Positions 41,875 through 51,286 of a DNA stretch of 64,000 nt are shown here, piece by piece (position 1 is the first letter of the stretch; each line of letters begins with the position of its first letter). The DNA lies in assembly GCA_944363785.1 (NCBI GenBank), contig CALVVF010000002.1, forward strand, positions 1,681-65,680, written 5' to 3'. The position numbers and the translations under genes are program-made. The notes beneath the pieces are model-generated. The model searched no databases, had not been told where the DNA came from, and saw only the letters and a list, made by a program, of their open reading frames with translations. This DNA comes from an uncultured Bacilli bacterium (GTDB taxonomy: Bacteria; Bacillota_I; Bacilli_A; RF39; UBA660).

Positions 41875-42084
41875 AGAATAAGAAAGGAATAATTAAAATG
41901 GGAGAAAATAAATTAAAGAAGGCATATAGAAATATTTGTCTAACAGAGTGGGTTGATAAAAAGTTGCAGCAAATAGAATTATCTAATAAAGAACGTGATG
42001 AGAAGCTTTCAGAAATTAATGTCAGAAGACTTAGAATTCTTATGTCATATTTTAAAGGGATCTAATATTAGAAGACCATGTTAT

Positions 42085-42113
42085 ATTGACGTCAAAGTAA
42101 GAATGTATTATAA
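42085..42113 (+). promoter_or_regulatory. Near-consensus sigma-A promoter.
   Basis: TTGACG, a 17-nt spacer, then TATAAT, 68 nt upstream of the 42181 ATG. Confidence 0.6.
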
Positions 42114-42180
42114 TAATATAACAAATTACAAATAATCTTGAAGGTAGACATTCTATGAATAATATCAAGATGGAGGACAT

Positions 42181-44172
42181 ATGAAGTATCTAGATAAAGT
42201 ACTAATCACTATATTATCATTTTTATTTGCCTTATCCATGACATGGAATGTTGATGGAAATACAAACTTAATAAATTTTTTAGTTTGTTTCATTGTATTT
42301 TTAATCATCAGTAATCTTATCTATCCTAAAATATGCAAATATGAATTAAAGAAAAAAGAATCAAAAAGCATAAATAAAAAAGAGTTTTGGATCTTTGGAT
42401 TATTGATCGCATTTTCTCTGATCGTTGCTTTTCTTGCTTATTATCCAGGTTATGCAACACCCGATTCATTGAATCAATGGAAACAAGTACAAACTGGTAT
42501 TTATTCAGATTGGCATCCGTTAATCCAGACTTTATTTTTTATGAAATTGCCATCACTATTTTATAACAATATCGTTTCTTGTACCATTTTTCAAATGATA
42601 TTTATTTTTTCAATATTGATGTATTTGTGTTACTTTTTTAGGAAAAATTTCTTAACCTTTAAACAGACGTTAATAGTATTATCCTTTATTATATTCAATC
42701 CATTATTTTTTAGATTGTCTGTTACTTTATGGAAAGATATAGGATATTCGTGGGCGCTATTTTTGGGAACAATTTTATTAATAGAAATTGTAATTAGTAA
42801 TGGAAATTGGATTAAGAAAAATCGAAATAAAATCTTATTAATTCTCACAAGCTTAGGAATTTTATTTTTTAGACATAATGGTATTATCTGTTTTATATTA
42901 ATGTTTTTAGGATTAGCTATTTTCTATAAGGATTCTAGGAAATTCTACCTAATTACAATGATTACCATACTCATTATGAGAAGTATTCTGACTGGTCCAG
43001 TATATCAATATTTTGAAATCGATAAAAACGGTGGACGAGCAGAAATGCTAGGTGAAATTATGGGACAGATTGCTTATTACTATAATCATGGCGTAGAATT
43101 TTCTGAAGAAGAATATGAGCTTTTAAATGAATTGGCTCCATTAGAATTATGGGAAGAAAACTATCGTCCAACAAGCTTTAATGACATAAAATTCAATTCA
43201 TCAACATATTTAGAGGTCGCAGATGAAAGATTTTCTGATATAATAAAAATGTACTTAAATAAGAGTATAAGTCATCCGAAAATGGCAGTGGTTTCTTATC
43301 TAAATATGACTAGCCCAATTTGGAAATACCAGAGAAATATTATTGAAACTGATTATGGAGAAAGACTAGAAACTCATTATGAGGGGGATGTCACTAAGGA
43401 AAATACTCTATTGAAAGAAGAAAGCGATTTTGTCTATCCGTATTTAACCGCATATAACAATTTAATTGTAGAAACACCATTGAGAATATTGTTTTTAGAC
43501 ATCGGACAAGCATTATTCGTCATCCTTACTGCTTTAGCAATTACGATAAGTAGATGGAAAAAAGATTTTAAAAAATATTTACCATTTATCTTAGTACTAT
43601 CTAATACAGCAGTTATTATGTTATTAATTACAGGAGAAGAATCAAGATTTGTATATGCACAAGCTTTATGTGCAATTCCACTTTGCATATATGCTTTTAT
43701 CTCATACAAAGAAAAAAAAGAAAGGAAGAAAAAAGACATGGCAAAGACTGATACATTTTTTCATCGCCTCTTTATTGAAAAGACAGACAATAGTTTAATT
43801 CAATTTATTCGATATTTCTTTGTAGGAGGAGTAGCAGCAATAGTTAATATAGGTATGTTGTATATTTTTACGGACATATGTCATATCTATTATTTAATTT
43901 CTAATGTTCTATCGTTTACGATGGGATTAATAGTAAACTATATTTTAAGTAAAAAATTTGTCTTCCAAGAAGAAACAAAATTAAACAAGACCAAAGAATT
44001 CTTAATATATGCAATTATTGGTATATTAGGATTGGGAATAGATACTCTACTAATGGGAATATTTACATCTGTGTTATCCATTTACTACATGATAAGTAAG
44101 ATTATATCGACAATGTTAGTGTTTATTTGGAACTTTGGTGCTAGAAAGGTATTATATAAAATAATAAAGTAG
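42181..44172 (+). CDS. Fusion protein. A large polytopic membrane domain (GT-C-like, about 520 aa) is fused to a C-terminal GtrA-family domain (Und-P-sugar flippase-like).
   Basis: The C-terminal ~130 aa [23 protein letters not shown]...[10 protein letters not shown] match the GtrA family (4 TM). The N-terminal part has 12 or more TM helices and a central extracytoplasmic domain. Confidence 0.55.
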   Translation: MKYLDKVLITILSFLFALSMTWNVDGNTNLINFLVCFIVFLIISNLIYPKICKYELKKKESKSINKKEFWIFGLLIAFSLIVAFLAYYPGYATPDSLNQWKQVQTGIYSDWHPLIQTLFFMKLPSLFYNNIVSCTIFQMIFIFSILMYLCYFFRKNFLTFKQTLIVLSFIIFNPLFFRLSVTLWKDIGYSWALFLGTILLIEIVISNGNWIKKNRNKILLILTSLGILFFRHNGIICFILMFLGLAIFYKDSRKFYLITMITILIMRSILTGPVYQYFEIDKNGGRAEMLGEIMGQIAYYYNHGVEFSEEEYELLNELAPLELWEENYRPTSFNDIKFNSSTYLEVADERFSDIIKMYLNKSISHPKMAVVSYLNMTSPIWKYQRNIIETDYGERLETHYEGDVTKENTLLKEESDFVYPYLTAYNNLIVETPLRILFLDIGQALFVILTALAITISRWKKDFKKYLPFILVLSNTAVIMLLITGEESRFVYAQALCAIPLCIYAFISYKEKKERKKKDMAKTDTFFHRLFIEKTDNSLIQFIRYFFVGGVAAIVNIGMLYIFTDICHIYYLISNVLSFTMGLIVNYILSKKFVFQEETKLNKTKEFLIYAIIGILGLGIDTLLMGIFTSVLSIYYMISKIISTMLVFIWNFGARKVLYKIIK

Positions 44173-44183
44173 GTGGGGGAAGT

Positions 44184-45737
44184 ATGAAAAAACAAAAAGT
44201 AGTAATTATAGGTGCAGGTCCAGCAGGTTTAACTGCAGGATACGAATTATTAAAACAAAGTAAAAAATATGAAGTAACTATTTTAGAGGAAACTAAAGAA
44301 ATTGGTGGTATTTCTAGAACAGTAAGATACAAAGGAAATAGAATGGATATTGGTGGACATCGTTTCTTTTCTAAAGATCAAGATGTTATGAATTTCTGGA
44401 CGGAAATTATGCCATTACAAGGAAAACCTTCTTATGATGACAAAAAGTTACATAGAGAAAAACCATTAAAAGAAGGTGGGCCAGATCCTGAAAAAGAAGA
44501 TAGAGTAATGCTAATTAGACATCGTGTATCTAGAATTTATTATCTAAAGAAATTCTTTGATTACCCAATCAGTATGAAAAAAGAAACTTTTCAGAATATG
44601 GGATTAAAGAGAACTTTTGTTAGTGGATGCAGTTATCTAAAGAGTATGGCTGTTAAGAAAAAAGAAGATTCTTTAGAGAACTTTTATATTAATCGTTTTG
44701 GTAAAAAACTATATAGTATGTTCTTCGAAGGCTATACAGAAAAATTATGGGGAAGACATCCTAGTGAAATATCAGCAGATTGGGGAGCGCAACGTGTAAA
44801 AGGATTATCGATTACTGCCGTCTTAAAAGATATGTTACATCTAAATAAAGGAAAAAAGGAAACATCTTTAATCGAAGAATTTATTTATCCAAAATATGGA
44901 CCTGGGCAATTATGGGAAACTGTTGCCGAAGAATTTGAAAAAATGGGTGGTACTCTAGAAAAAAATCACAAAGTAATTAAAATCAACTTTAAAGATAATA
45001 AAATTACTTCTGTAATATGTGATGTAAATGGAGAAGAAAAAATTATAAAAGGAGATATTTTCATTTCTTCAATGCCATTAAAAGATTTAGTAGAAGATTT
45101 AAATGGCGAAGTACCGAAAAAAATCAAGCAAATCGCTACAGGTCTTCCTTACCGTGATTTTGTAACGGTAGGTTTATTGGTTAAAAAGTTAGACTTGAAA
45201 AATGAAACTAAAATTAAAACATTAAGTAACATTGTTCCAGATTGTTGGATTTATGTCCAAGAACCAGATGTGAAATTAGGAAGAATACAAATTTTTAATA
45301 ACTGGAGTCCATATATGGTAAATAAACCTGAAGATACTGTATGGATTGGATTAGAGTACTTCTGTAATGAAAATGATAATTTCTGGAATATGAGCGATAA
45401 AGAATGTATTAATTTTGCTACTAAAGAATTAGTTTCTATGGGTATTATTAAAGAGAAAGATGTATTAGATTCACATCGTGAAAAAGTAAAGAAAGCATAC
45501 CCTGCTTATTTTGATACTTATAGCGAAATTGATAAGTTAGTCAAATATTTAAATAAATTTGATAATTTATATTGCGTAGGTAGAAATGGTCAACATAGAT
45601 ATAATAATATGGATCATTCGATGGTAACATCATTCGAAACAGTAAAAAATATATTATCTGGTACTAAAAACAAAGATAATATTTGGAATGTTAATACCGA
45701 TAAAGAATATCATGAAGAGAAAAAAGAAACAAACTAA
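44184..45737 (+). CDS. FAD/NAD(P)-binding oxidoreductase (amine-oxidase/DprE1-like superfamily).
   Basis: The N-terminus [17 protein letters not shown] is a Rossmann GxGxxG motif, followed by EE..EIGG. Confidence 0.6.
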   Translation: MKKQKVVIIGAGPAGLTAGYELLKQSKKYEVTILEETKEIGGISRTVRYKGNRMDIGGHRFFSKDQDVMNFWTEIMPLQGKPSYDDKKLHREKPLKEGGPDPEKEDRVMLIRHRVSRIYYLKKFFDYPISMKKETFQNMGLKRTFVSGCSYLKSMAVKKKEDSLENFYINRFGKKLYSMFFEGYTEKLWGRHPSEISADWGAQRVKGLSITAVLKDMLHLNKGKKETSLIEEFIYPKYGPGQLWETVAEEFEKMGGTLEKNHKVIKINFKDNKITSVICDVNGEEKIIKGDIFISSMPLKDLVEDLNGEVPKKIKQIATGLPYRDFVTVGLLVKKLDLKNETKIKTLSNIVPDCWIYVQEPDVKLGRIQIFNNWSPYMVNKPEDTVWIGLEYFCNENDNFWNMSDKECINFATKELVSMGIIKEKDVLDSHREKVKKAYPAYFDTYSEIDKLVKYLNKFDNLYCVGRNGQHRYNNMDHSMVTSFETVKNILSGTKNKDNIWNVNTDKEYHEEKKETN

Positions 45738-45747
45738 TTTCTAAAAG

Positions 45748-45790
45748 AAAAGTATTTGAACTGGGAAATTGCCTTCAAATACTTTTTTCT
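45748..45790 (+). terminator. Rho-independent terminator after the oxidoreductase gene.
   Basis: AAGTATTTGAA-(13 nt)-TTCAAATACTT followed by TTTTTT. Confidence 0.45.
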
Positions 45791-45849
45791 ATTGCTAAAA
45801 TCTGGTATACTAAAACAAGTAAGATTATGCTTAAGTAGAAAGGAAGAAT

Positions 45850-47568
45850 ATGAAAAAGATATTAGTTTATACAGTGATTACAGGTGGTTTTGATCAATTA
45901 TGCTCTATAAAATACCCAGAAAAAAATGTTGATTATTATTGTTTTTCTGACAATAAAGAATTAACATCATTCGAATGGAAAATTAAATATATTGAGAATA
46001 AAGAAAATGTAAATTCGCGCCTTCTCTCTAAACAATATAAATTGATGGGAGATTCAGAACTAGAAAAAAAATACGATATAGTAGTTTACATAGATGGAAA
46101 CATTCAGCTTGAATGTCCAATTACCAAAATCATTAATGAATTTTGTGATTTTAGTAAAAATTCTATATTCTTTTTGCCTCATACTGAAAGAAATTGTACT
46201 TATCAAGAAAAAGAAGAAATTATTCATTTAAATCTTGATAACCCACGAGTCGTAAAAAATCAGTTAAAAATATATGAACAAGAGGGATTCCCTAAAAATT
46301 ACGGTCTAGTTTGCAGTGGATTCATCGCAAGAAACGCAAAAGATAAAAAAGTAAAAGAAATGTTAAAATTCTGGTACAAACAAGTGGAGAAATACAGTAA
46401 ACGAGATCAATTATCTATTATGTATAGTCTATGGAAAAATAAATTATCGATCGGATGGATTAATTTAAATTACTATAATAATTCTTACTTTTCTGTAGAA
46501 ATGCATCAAAAAGCTAGAAAACAGCCAATCCTTTGTGCCTTTGGAAGTGGTTTAACTAACTTACTAGGAGAAAAAGAGGAAGAAAATAAATATGAGCCAG
46601 AAAAAGAAAACTATCACTGTAATATAGAAGATAAGAATGATAGTCATAGTAGCATTGCTAGAAGAGTAAAATCTCATTCTACGGTATTAGATGTAGGATG
46701 TGGTGTAGGGGTAATTGGAAGATTACTAAAAGAAAATAGAGACTGTAAATGCTATGGAATAGAAATTGATCCTGTATCTTTTGAAAAAGCGCAAAAAAGT
46801 GGTCACTATCAAGAAGTATTCTCATTTTCCATCGAAGAAAAAGAAAAGTTAAAAATATTAGAACAGAAAAAATTACAATTTGATTATATTATTTTAGCCG
46901 ATGTTCTAGAACATACTTTAGAGCCTTGGGAAGTTCTAAATCAGTTAGGAAAGTATTTAACTCCCCATGGTAAAGTATTAATCAGTATTCCGAATGTTGC
47001 TTATATTGATATTATTAGAGCATTGATCAATCGCAATTTCAATTATCAAAAAACAGGGATATTAGACAGTACTCATTTTCGCTTTTTTACAAAGAGTTCC
47101 TTTGTAGAAATGATAGATAATTTTAACGATCGCTATGATATAAAATTTGATGTAGAGTGGTTCGACTCAACCGTAGTGAAGCCAGAATATGAGAAAGAAA
47201 AATTAGCAGAGTTATTAGATAGAGATCATCGTGGTATGATTGTACAAGAGATTTTTGAATTAACCAGATTATCCAAAACAGAGACTCCTGATAACTTAAT
47301 AAAATTATTACAAGAAGAACCACAAGATAATTTTGATGCGATTAATCAAATGCTAATCGCAATGGAAAAAGAAAATCAAGAATTACAACAAAGAATTATT
47401 GAAAACAGTCAACAGTATGAACTAGAAAAACAAAATTTACAAAATAGGATAAATGAACAGGATGAAGAAATTACTAAAATGCAAACAGAAATTTCTAATA
47501 TTTTAACGAGTAAGAGTTGGAAAGTAACAAAACCATTACGTGATATAAAAAGAGTAATTAAAAAATAA
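45850..47568 (+). CDS. Tri-domain protein. An N-terminal glycosyltransferase-like domain (about 220 aa) is followed by a class-I SAM-dependent methyltransferase and a C-terminal coiled coil.
   Basis: Methyltransferase motif I LDVGCGVGVIGRLL. Post-I acidic residue (YGIEID). C-terminal heptad-rich segment QELQQRIIENSQQYELEKQNLQNRINEQDEEITKMQTEISNIL. Confidence 0.5.
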   Translation: MKKILVYTVITGGFDQLCSIKYPEKNVDYYCFSDNKELTSFEWKIKYIENKENVNSRLLSKQYKLMGDSELEKKYDIVVYIDGNIQLECPITKIINEFCDFSKNSIFFLPHTERNCTYQEKEEIIHLNLDNPRVVKNQLKIYEQEGFPKNYGLVCSGFIARNAKDKKVKEMLKFWYKQVEKYSKRDQLSIMYSLWKNKLSIGWINLNYYNNSYFSVEMHQKARKQPILCAFGSGLTNLLGEKEEENKYEPEKENYHCNIEDKNDSHSSIARRVKSHSTVLDVGCGVGVIGRLLKENRDCKCYGIEIDPVSFEKAQKSGHYQEVFSFSIEEKEKLKILEQKKLQFDYIILADVLEHTLEPWEVLNQLGKYLTPHGKVLISIPNVAYIDIIRALINRNFNYQKTGILDSTHFRFFTKSSFVEMIDNFNDRYDIKFDVEWFDSTVVKPEYEKEKLAELLDRDHRGMIVQEIFELTRLSKTETPDNLIKLLQEEPQDNFDAINQMLIAMEKENQELQQRIIENSQQYELEKQNLQNRINEQDEEITKMQTEISNILTSKSWKVTKPLRDIKRVIKK

Positions 47569-47639
47569 CTCTGAATAGAGAACACTAACAAAAATGTTCA
47601 AACTATGCTATACTAGATAAAGAAAGATTGGTGTAATAT

Positions 47640-48407
47640 ATGAAAACAGCAAAATCGAAAAAGAAAAAACAAAAGCAAGAAAGTTATGCAATTGAAGTTA
47701 AAAATCTGACAAAATACTTTAAACTTTATTATGATAAGCCAAATACTTTAAAAGAAAGATTAGTATTTTGGAACAAAAGTAAAGTAGAAAAGAAAGTAGT
47801 ACTAAAGAATATAAATCTAAAGATAAAAAAAGGAGAAACAGTTGCACTAATAGGTGTTAATGGTAGCGGTAAGAGTACATTGCTAAAAATGATGTCAAAG
47901 ATTATCTATCCTAATGAAGGAAAAATTGAAATCAATGGAAAATTAACGTCTCTACTAGAATTAGGAGCAGGATTTCATCCGGATTTTACAGGAAGAGAGA
48001 ATATTTATTTTAATGCCTCAATTTTTGGACTTACAGCCGCAGAAATTGATGCTAGAGTACTAGATATTATTAATTTTTCTGAACTAGGAGAGTTGATTGA
48101 TACTCCGGTTAGAACTTACTCTTCAGGAATGTACATGCGTCTTGCTTTTTCAGTAGCAATCAACGTAGACGCAGAAATTCTTCTAATCGATGAAATTTTA
48201 GCCGTAGGTGATCAACATTTTCAAGATAAATGTTTTGCTAAATTAAGAGAACTAAAAGATTCTGGCAAAACAATAGTCATTGTTAGTCACAGTTTAGGCT
48301 ATGTACAAAAGTTATGTGATCGTGCTGTGTGGATCTATAATGGTGAAGTTAAGATGGATGGAAAAACGGAAAAAGTCATCGAAGAATATCTAAAGGTGTG
48401 TGGTTAA
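47640..48407 (+). CDS. tagH: ABC transporter ATP-binding protein, TagH/Wzt-type (teichoic acid/polysaccharide export). No C-terminal carbohydrate-binding extension.
   Basis: Walker A GVNGSGKST, signature YSSGMYMRLAF, Walker B LLIDEIL. Confidence 0.8.
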   Translation: MKTAKSKKKKQKQESYAIEVKNLTKYFKLYYDKPNTLKERLVFWNKSKVEKKVVLKNINLKIKKGETVALIGVNGSGKSTLLKMMSKIIYPNEGKIEINGKLTSLLELGAGFHPDFTGRENIYFNASIFGLTAAEIDARVLDIINFSELGELIDTPVRTYSSGMYMRLAFSVAINVDAEILLIDEILAVGDQHFQDKCFAKLRELKDSGKTIVIVSHSLGYVQKLCDRAVWIYNGEVKMDGKTEKVIEEYLKVCG

Positions 48408-48408
48408 A

Positions 48409-49179
48409 ATGTTTAAAGAATTATATAATTATAGACAACTATTAAAGAGTAATATCAAAAAAGATATACGTGGTAAATACAAAGGTTCTTTTTTAGGTGT
48501 TTTGTGGTCATTCGTCAATCCATTATTGATGACCTTAGTATATGCTATTGTATTTCCTTATATTTTAAAAGATACCGGAGATAATTATGTTACATTCTTA
48601 GTAATAGGAATTTTACCGTGGACTTTTTTCACTACAGTAATTAGTCAAGGAACTTATTGTATACTGGCTAATGCTGGAATTATAAAAAAGGTATATTTTC
48701 CAAGAGAAATACTACCAATATCGATTGCAACTAGTGGTCTTATTAATTTCTTAATTTCCTGTTTAATTATATTCATTTTCTTAATTTTCAGCGGCGTTGG
48801 CTTTAGTATTCAAATATTATGGTTACCATTAATCATTTTAACTCAATACCTATTTTCACTCGCATTAATATTTATTACTAGTGCAGTTAATGTTTATATC
48901 AGAGATGCGGAATATATTATTAACTTTATTGTCAGCATGCTATTTTATGCAACACCAATTTTATATAAAGCAGAAACTTTTGCAGGGTCAGCTATAGAAT
49001 GGATAATTAAATTGAATCCAATGGCAACCATAATTACTTGTTATCGTGATGTTTTATTCTATCAATCATTACCACATATAAAATCATTATTGGTTGTATT
49101 ACTAGGAAGTATTATTTTACTTTGGTTAGGCTATAAAATATTTAAGAAACTAGAAAAAGGATTTGCAGAGGAGGTCTAA
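48409..49179 (+). CDS. tagG: ABC-2 type permease, TagG/Wzm-type.
   Basis: 6 TM, the ABC-2 motif, and position immediately after tagH-like (overlapping stop and start). Likely ATG 48409 (RBS AAGGTG). Confidence 0.75.
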   Translation: MFKELYNYRQLLKSNIKKDIRGKYKGSFLGVLWSFVNPLLMTLVYAIVFPYILKDTGDNYVTFLVIGILPWTFFTTVISQGTYCILANAGIIKKVYFPREILPISIATSGLINFLISCLIIFIFLIFSGVGFSIQILWLPLIILTQYLFSLALIFITSAVNVYIRDAEYIINFIVSMLFYATPILYKAETFAGSAIEWIIKLNPMATIITCYRDVLFYQSLPHIKSLLVVLLGSIILLWLGYKIFKKLEKGFAEEV

Positions 49180-49181
49180 GA

Positions 49182-51266
49182 ATGGACAAATGTGATATTA
49201 TTATTCCTGTATATAACGCTCCTGATTATACAAAAATGTGTGTTTATACTTTATTCAAAAATACAGAAGAAAAAACCATTAACAAAGTATATTTATTAAA
49301 TGATAATTCTAATCAAGCAACTCATGATCTATTAGAAAATCTAGCTAAAAAGTATGGAGATAAAATCGTTTTGATTCATAATAAAGAAAATCTTGGGTTC
49401 ATTAAAAATGTTAATCAAGGTATGAAACTATGTGAGTCAGAGTATGTTTTGTTATTAAATACGGATTGTTTTATTGGAAAAAATACAATTGAAAAATTAA
49501 TTTCACACATGAAACAAAATAAGAAAATTGGTCTTATTTGTCCACTCTGCTCCAATGCAGCTAATTTAACTTTACCTATGTTCCCTGGATTTAATTACAT
49601 GATGATGGACAAACTGTTAGATAAGAAATTTAAAGGGATTAATTTTGATGCTTGTACAGTAGTAGGAAACTGCTTGATGATTAGTAAAGAATGTATAAAA
49701 AAGGTTGGCCTCTTTGATGAGATCTATGGAATGGGATATGGTGATGAAACAGATTATCAATTTAAAGCAATGAAAAAAGGTTTTCAAGCGAAAGTTGCAA
49801 TCGATTGCTATGTTTTCCACAAAGCTGAGATGTCTTTCAATACAACCAACCAAACTAGAAATGAGCGATTAGAGAAAAATAGAAAAATCTTTTTTGATAG
49901 ATGGGGAGATGATTACTATCAATTATTAGCCGAATATGAAAAAAATGATCCAATTGAATATGTAAAAAGTAATTTAACTGAAAAAGATAAAGAAATTCAT
50001 TACGATTTTATGTTTGTAATGGAAGGAATAGGAAACGGTGTAGGGGGAGCTTCAATCATTTTTAATTTGGTTAATTATTTAAGTATACTAGGATTAAATA
50101 TTGGAATTCTGAACTTGCGTGGTGGAAATTATCACGGAATCATGAATTTTAATGTACTAACAGCAGAAGACATTGATAAAGTACATGCAAAATTTTTGAT
50201 CTCTACAATTTTTAGAAGTGTTTTCTTTACTAGAAAATTAGCAGAAAAATTAGATGCTCAAATGATTTATTTCTCTCAAGGATATGAATTCTTATTCGAA
50301 AATGGTAAATTTTATGGTGAAGTAGAGTCATCGTTTAAGTTAGCCGACTATGTGATTACAATATCTGACTATCTAAAGAATCAATATCAAAAAATGTTTG
50401 GGATTGATGCGATTAAAATAGAAAATGGAATAGATACCGATCAACTAATAGGAAAAAGAATATCACAGGAGAGAAAACAGATTACGATGGTTATTCGTCC
50501 AGAAGCATTAAAAGCTTGTTGTATTATGGTAGATATTGTGAAACATATTACACTGAATTTTGAAAACTTAGATATCAATTTAATTATAAATGATGACAGT
50601 TATTCTTTAGGTGTGAATAATAATCCAACCATAAATATTCATCAATATAAAGGGCCAATTCCAAGTACTAAAATGGCAGAGATTCTAAAATCGACGGATA
50701 TTTTAATTGATACTTCGATGAGTGAAGGATTTGGGTTAGTTCCATTAGAGGCAATGGCATCAGGTGCTGTACCGATCGTTGCTAATGCTTTTGGTAATTT
50801 AGCTTATTGTAAAAATGAAAAGAATTGTATTGTCATTAATGAGATAAACAATACCGAATGCTATATTCAAGCATTAAAAAAATTACTTGATGATGAAGCT
50901 CTATTAAAGAAATATCAAAAAGAAGCAATCAAGACAGCACAAAATTTTGATTTTGATAACGTAATAGAGAAGTATTATCAAGTATTAACTGGTATATCTA
51001 ATCATCAATACGAGAAGATTGAGCAGAATATAACTTTAAAAGAAGTAGAAAAAATATCGAATTATGCATATAGTGACCAACAGTTTAAAGATGAAATCAC
51101 AATGTGTAAAAAAGTAGTAAGCAAAGCTAACGAAGAAAGTTTGCCAAGAAAAAAACAGTCAAGGCTACAAAAACTATATATAATTTTAAAAGAATTTATC
51201 AAAGTCAATTTATATTTACTAAAACTTTTGATCAGAACAATAATAAAAAATGACTTTGAAATTTAA
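49182..51266 (+). CDS. Bifunctional glycosyltransferase (N-terminal GT2 domain + C-terminal GT4 domain).
   Basis: IIIPVYNA..NDNS (GT2). C-terminal EGFGLVPLEAMASGAVPIV (GT4 E-x7-E). Confidence 0.65.
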   Translation: MDKCDIIIPVYNAPDYTKMCVYTLFKNTEEKTINKVYLLNDNSNQATHDLLENLAKKYGDKIVLIHNKENLGFIKNVNQGMKLCESEYVLLLNTDCFIGKNTIEKLISHMKQNKKIGLICPLCSNAANLTLPMFPGFNYMMMDKLLDKKFKGINFDACTVVGNCLMISKECIKKVGLFDEIYGMGYGDETDYQFKAMKKGFQAKVAIDCYVFHKAEMSFNTTNQTRNERLEKNRKIFFDRWGDDYYQLLAEYEKNDPIEYVKSNLTEKDKEIHYDFMFVMEGIGNGVGGASIIFNLVNYLSILGLNIGILNLRGGNYHGIMNFNVLTAEDIDKVHAKFLISTIFRSVFFTRKLAEKLDAQMIYFSQGYEFLFENGKFYGEVESSFKLADYVITISDYLKNQYQKMFGIDAIKIENGIDTDQLIGKRISQERKQITMVIRPEALKACCIMVDIVKHITLNFENLDINLIINDDSYSLGVNNNPTINIHQYKGPIPSTKMAEILKSTDILIDTSMSEGFGLVPLEAMASGAVPIVANAFGNLAYCKNEKNCIVINEINNTECYIQALKKLLDDEALLKKYQKEAIKTAQNFDFDNVIEKYYQVLTGISNHQYEKIEQNITLKEVEKISNYAYSDQQFKDEITMCKKVVSKANEESLPRKKQSRLQKLYIILKEFIKVNLYLLKLLIRTIIKNDFEI

Positions 51267-51286
51267 AATAGCAGGAGGTACTATTC

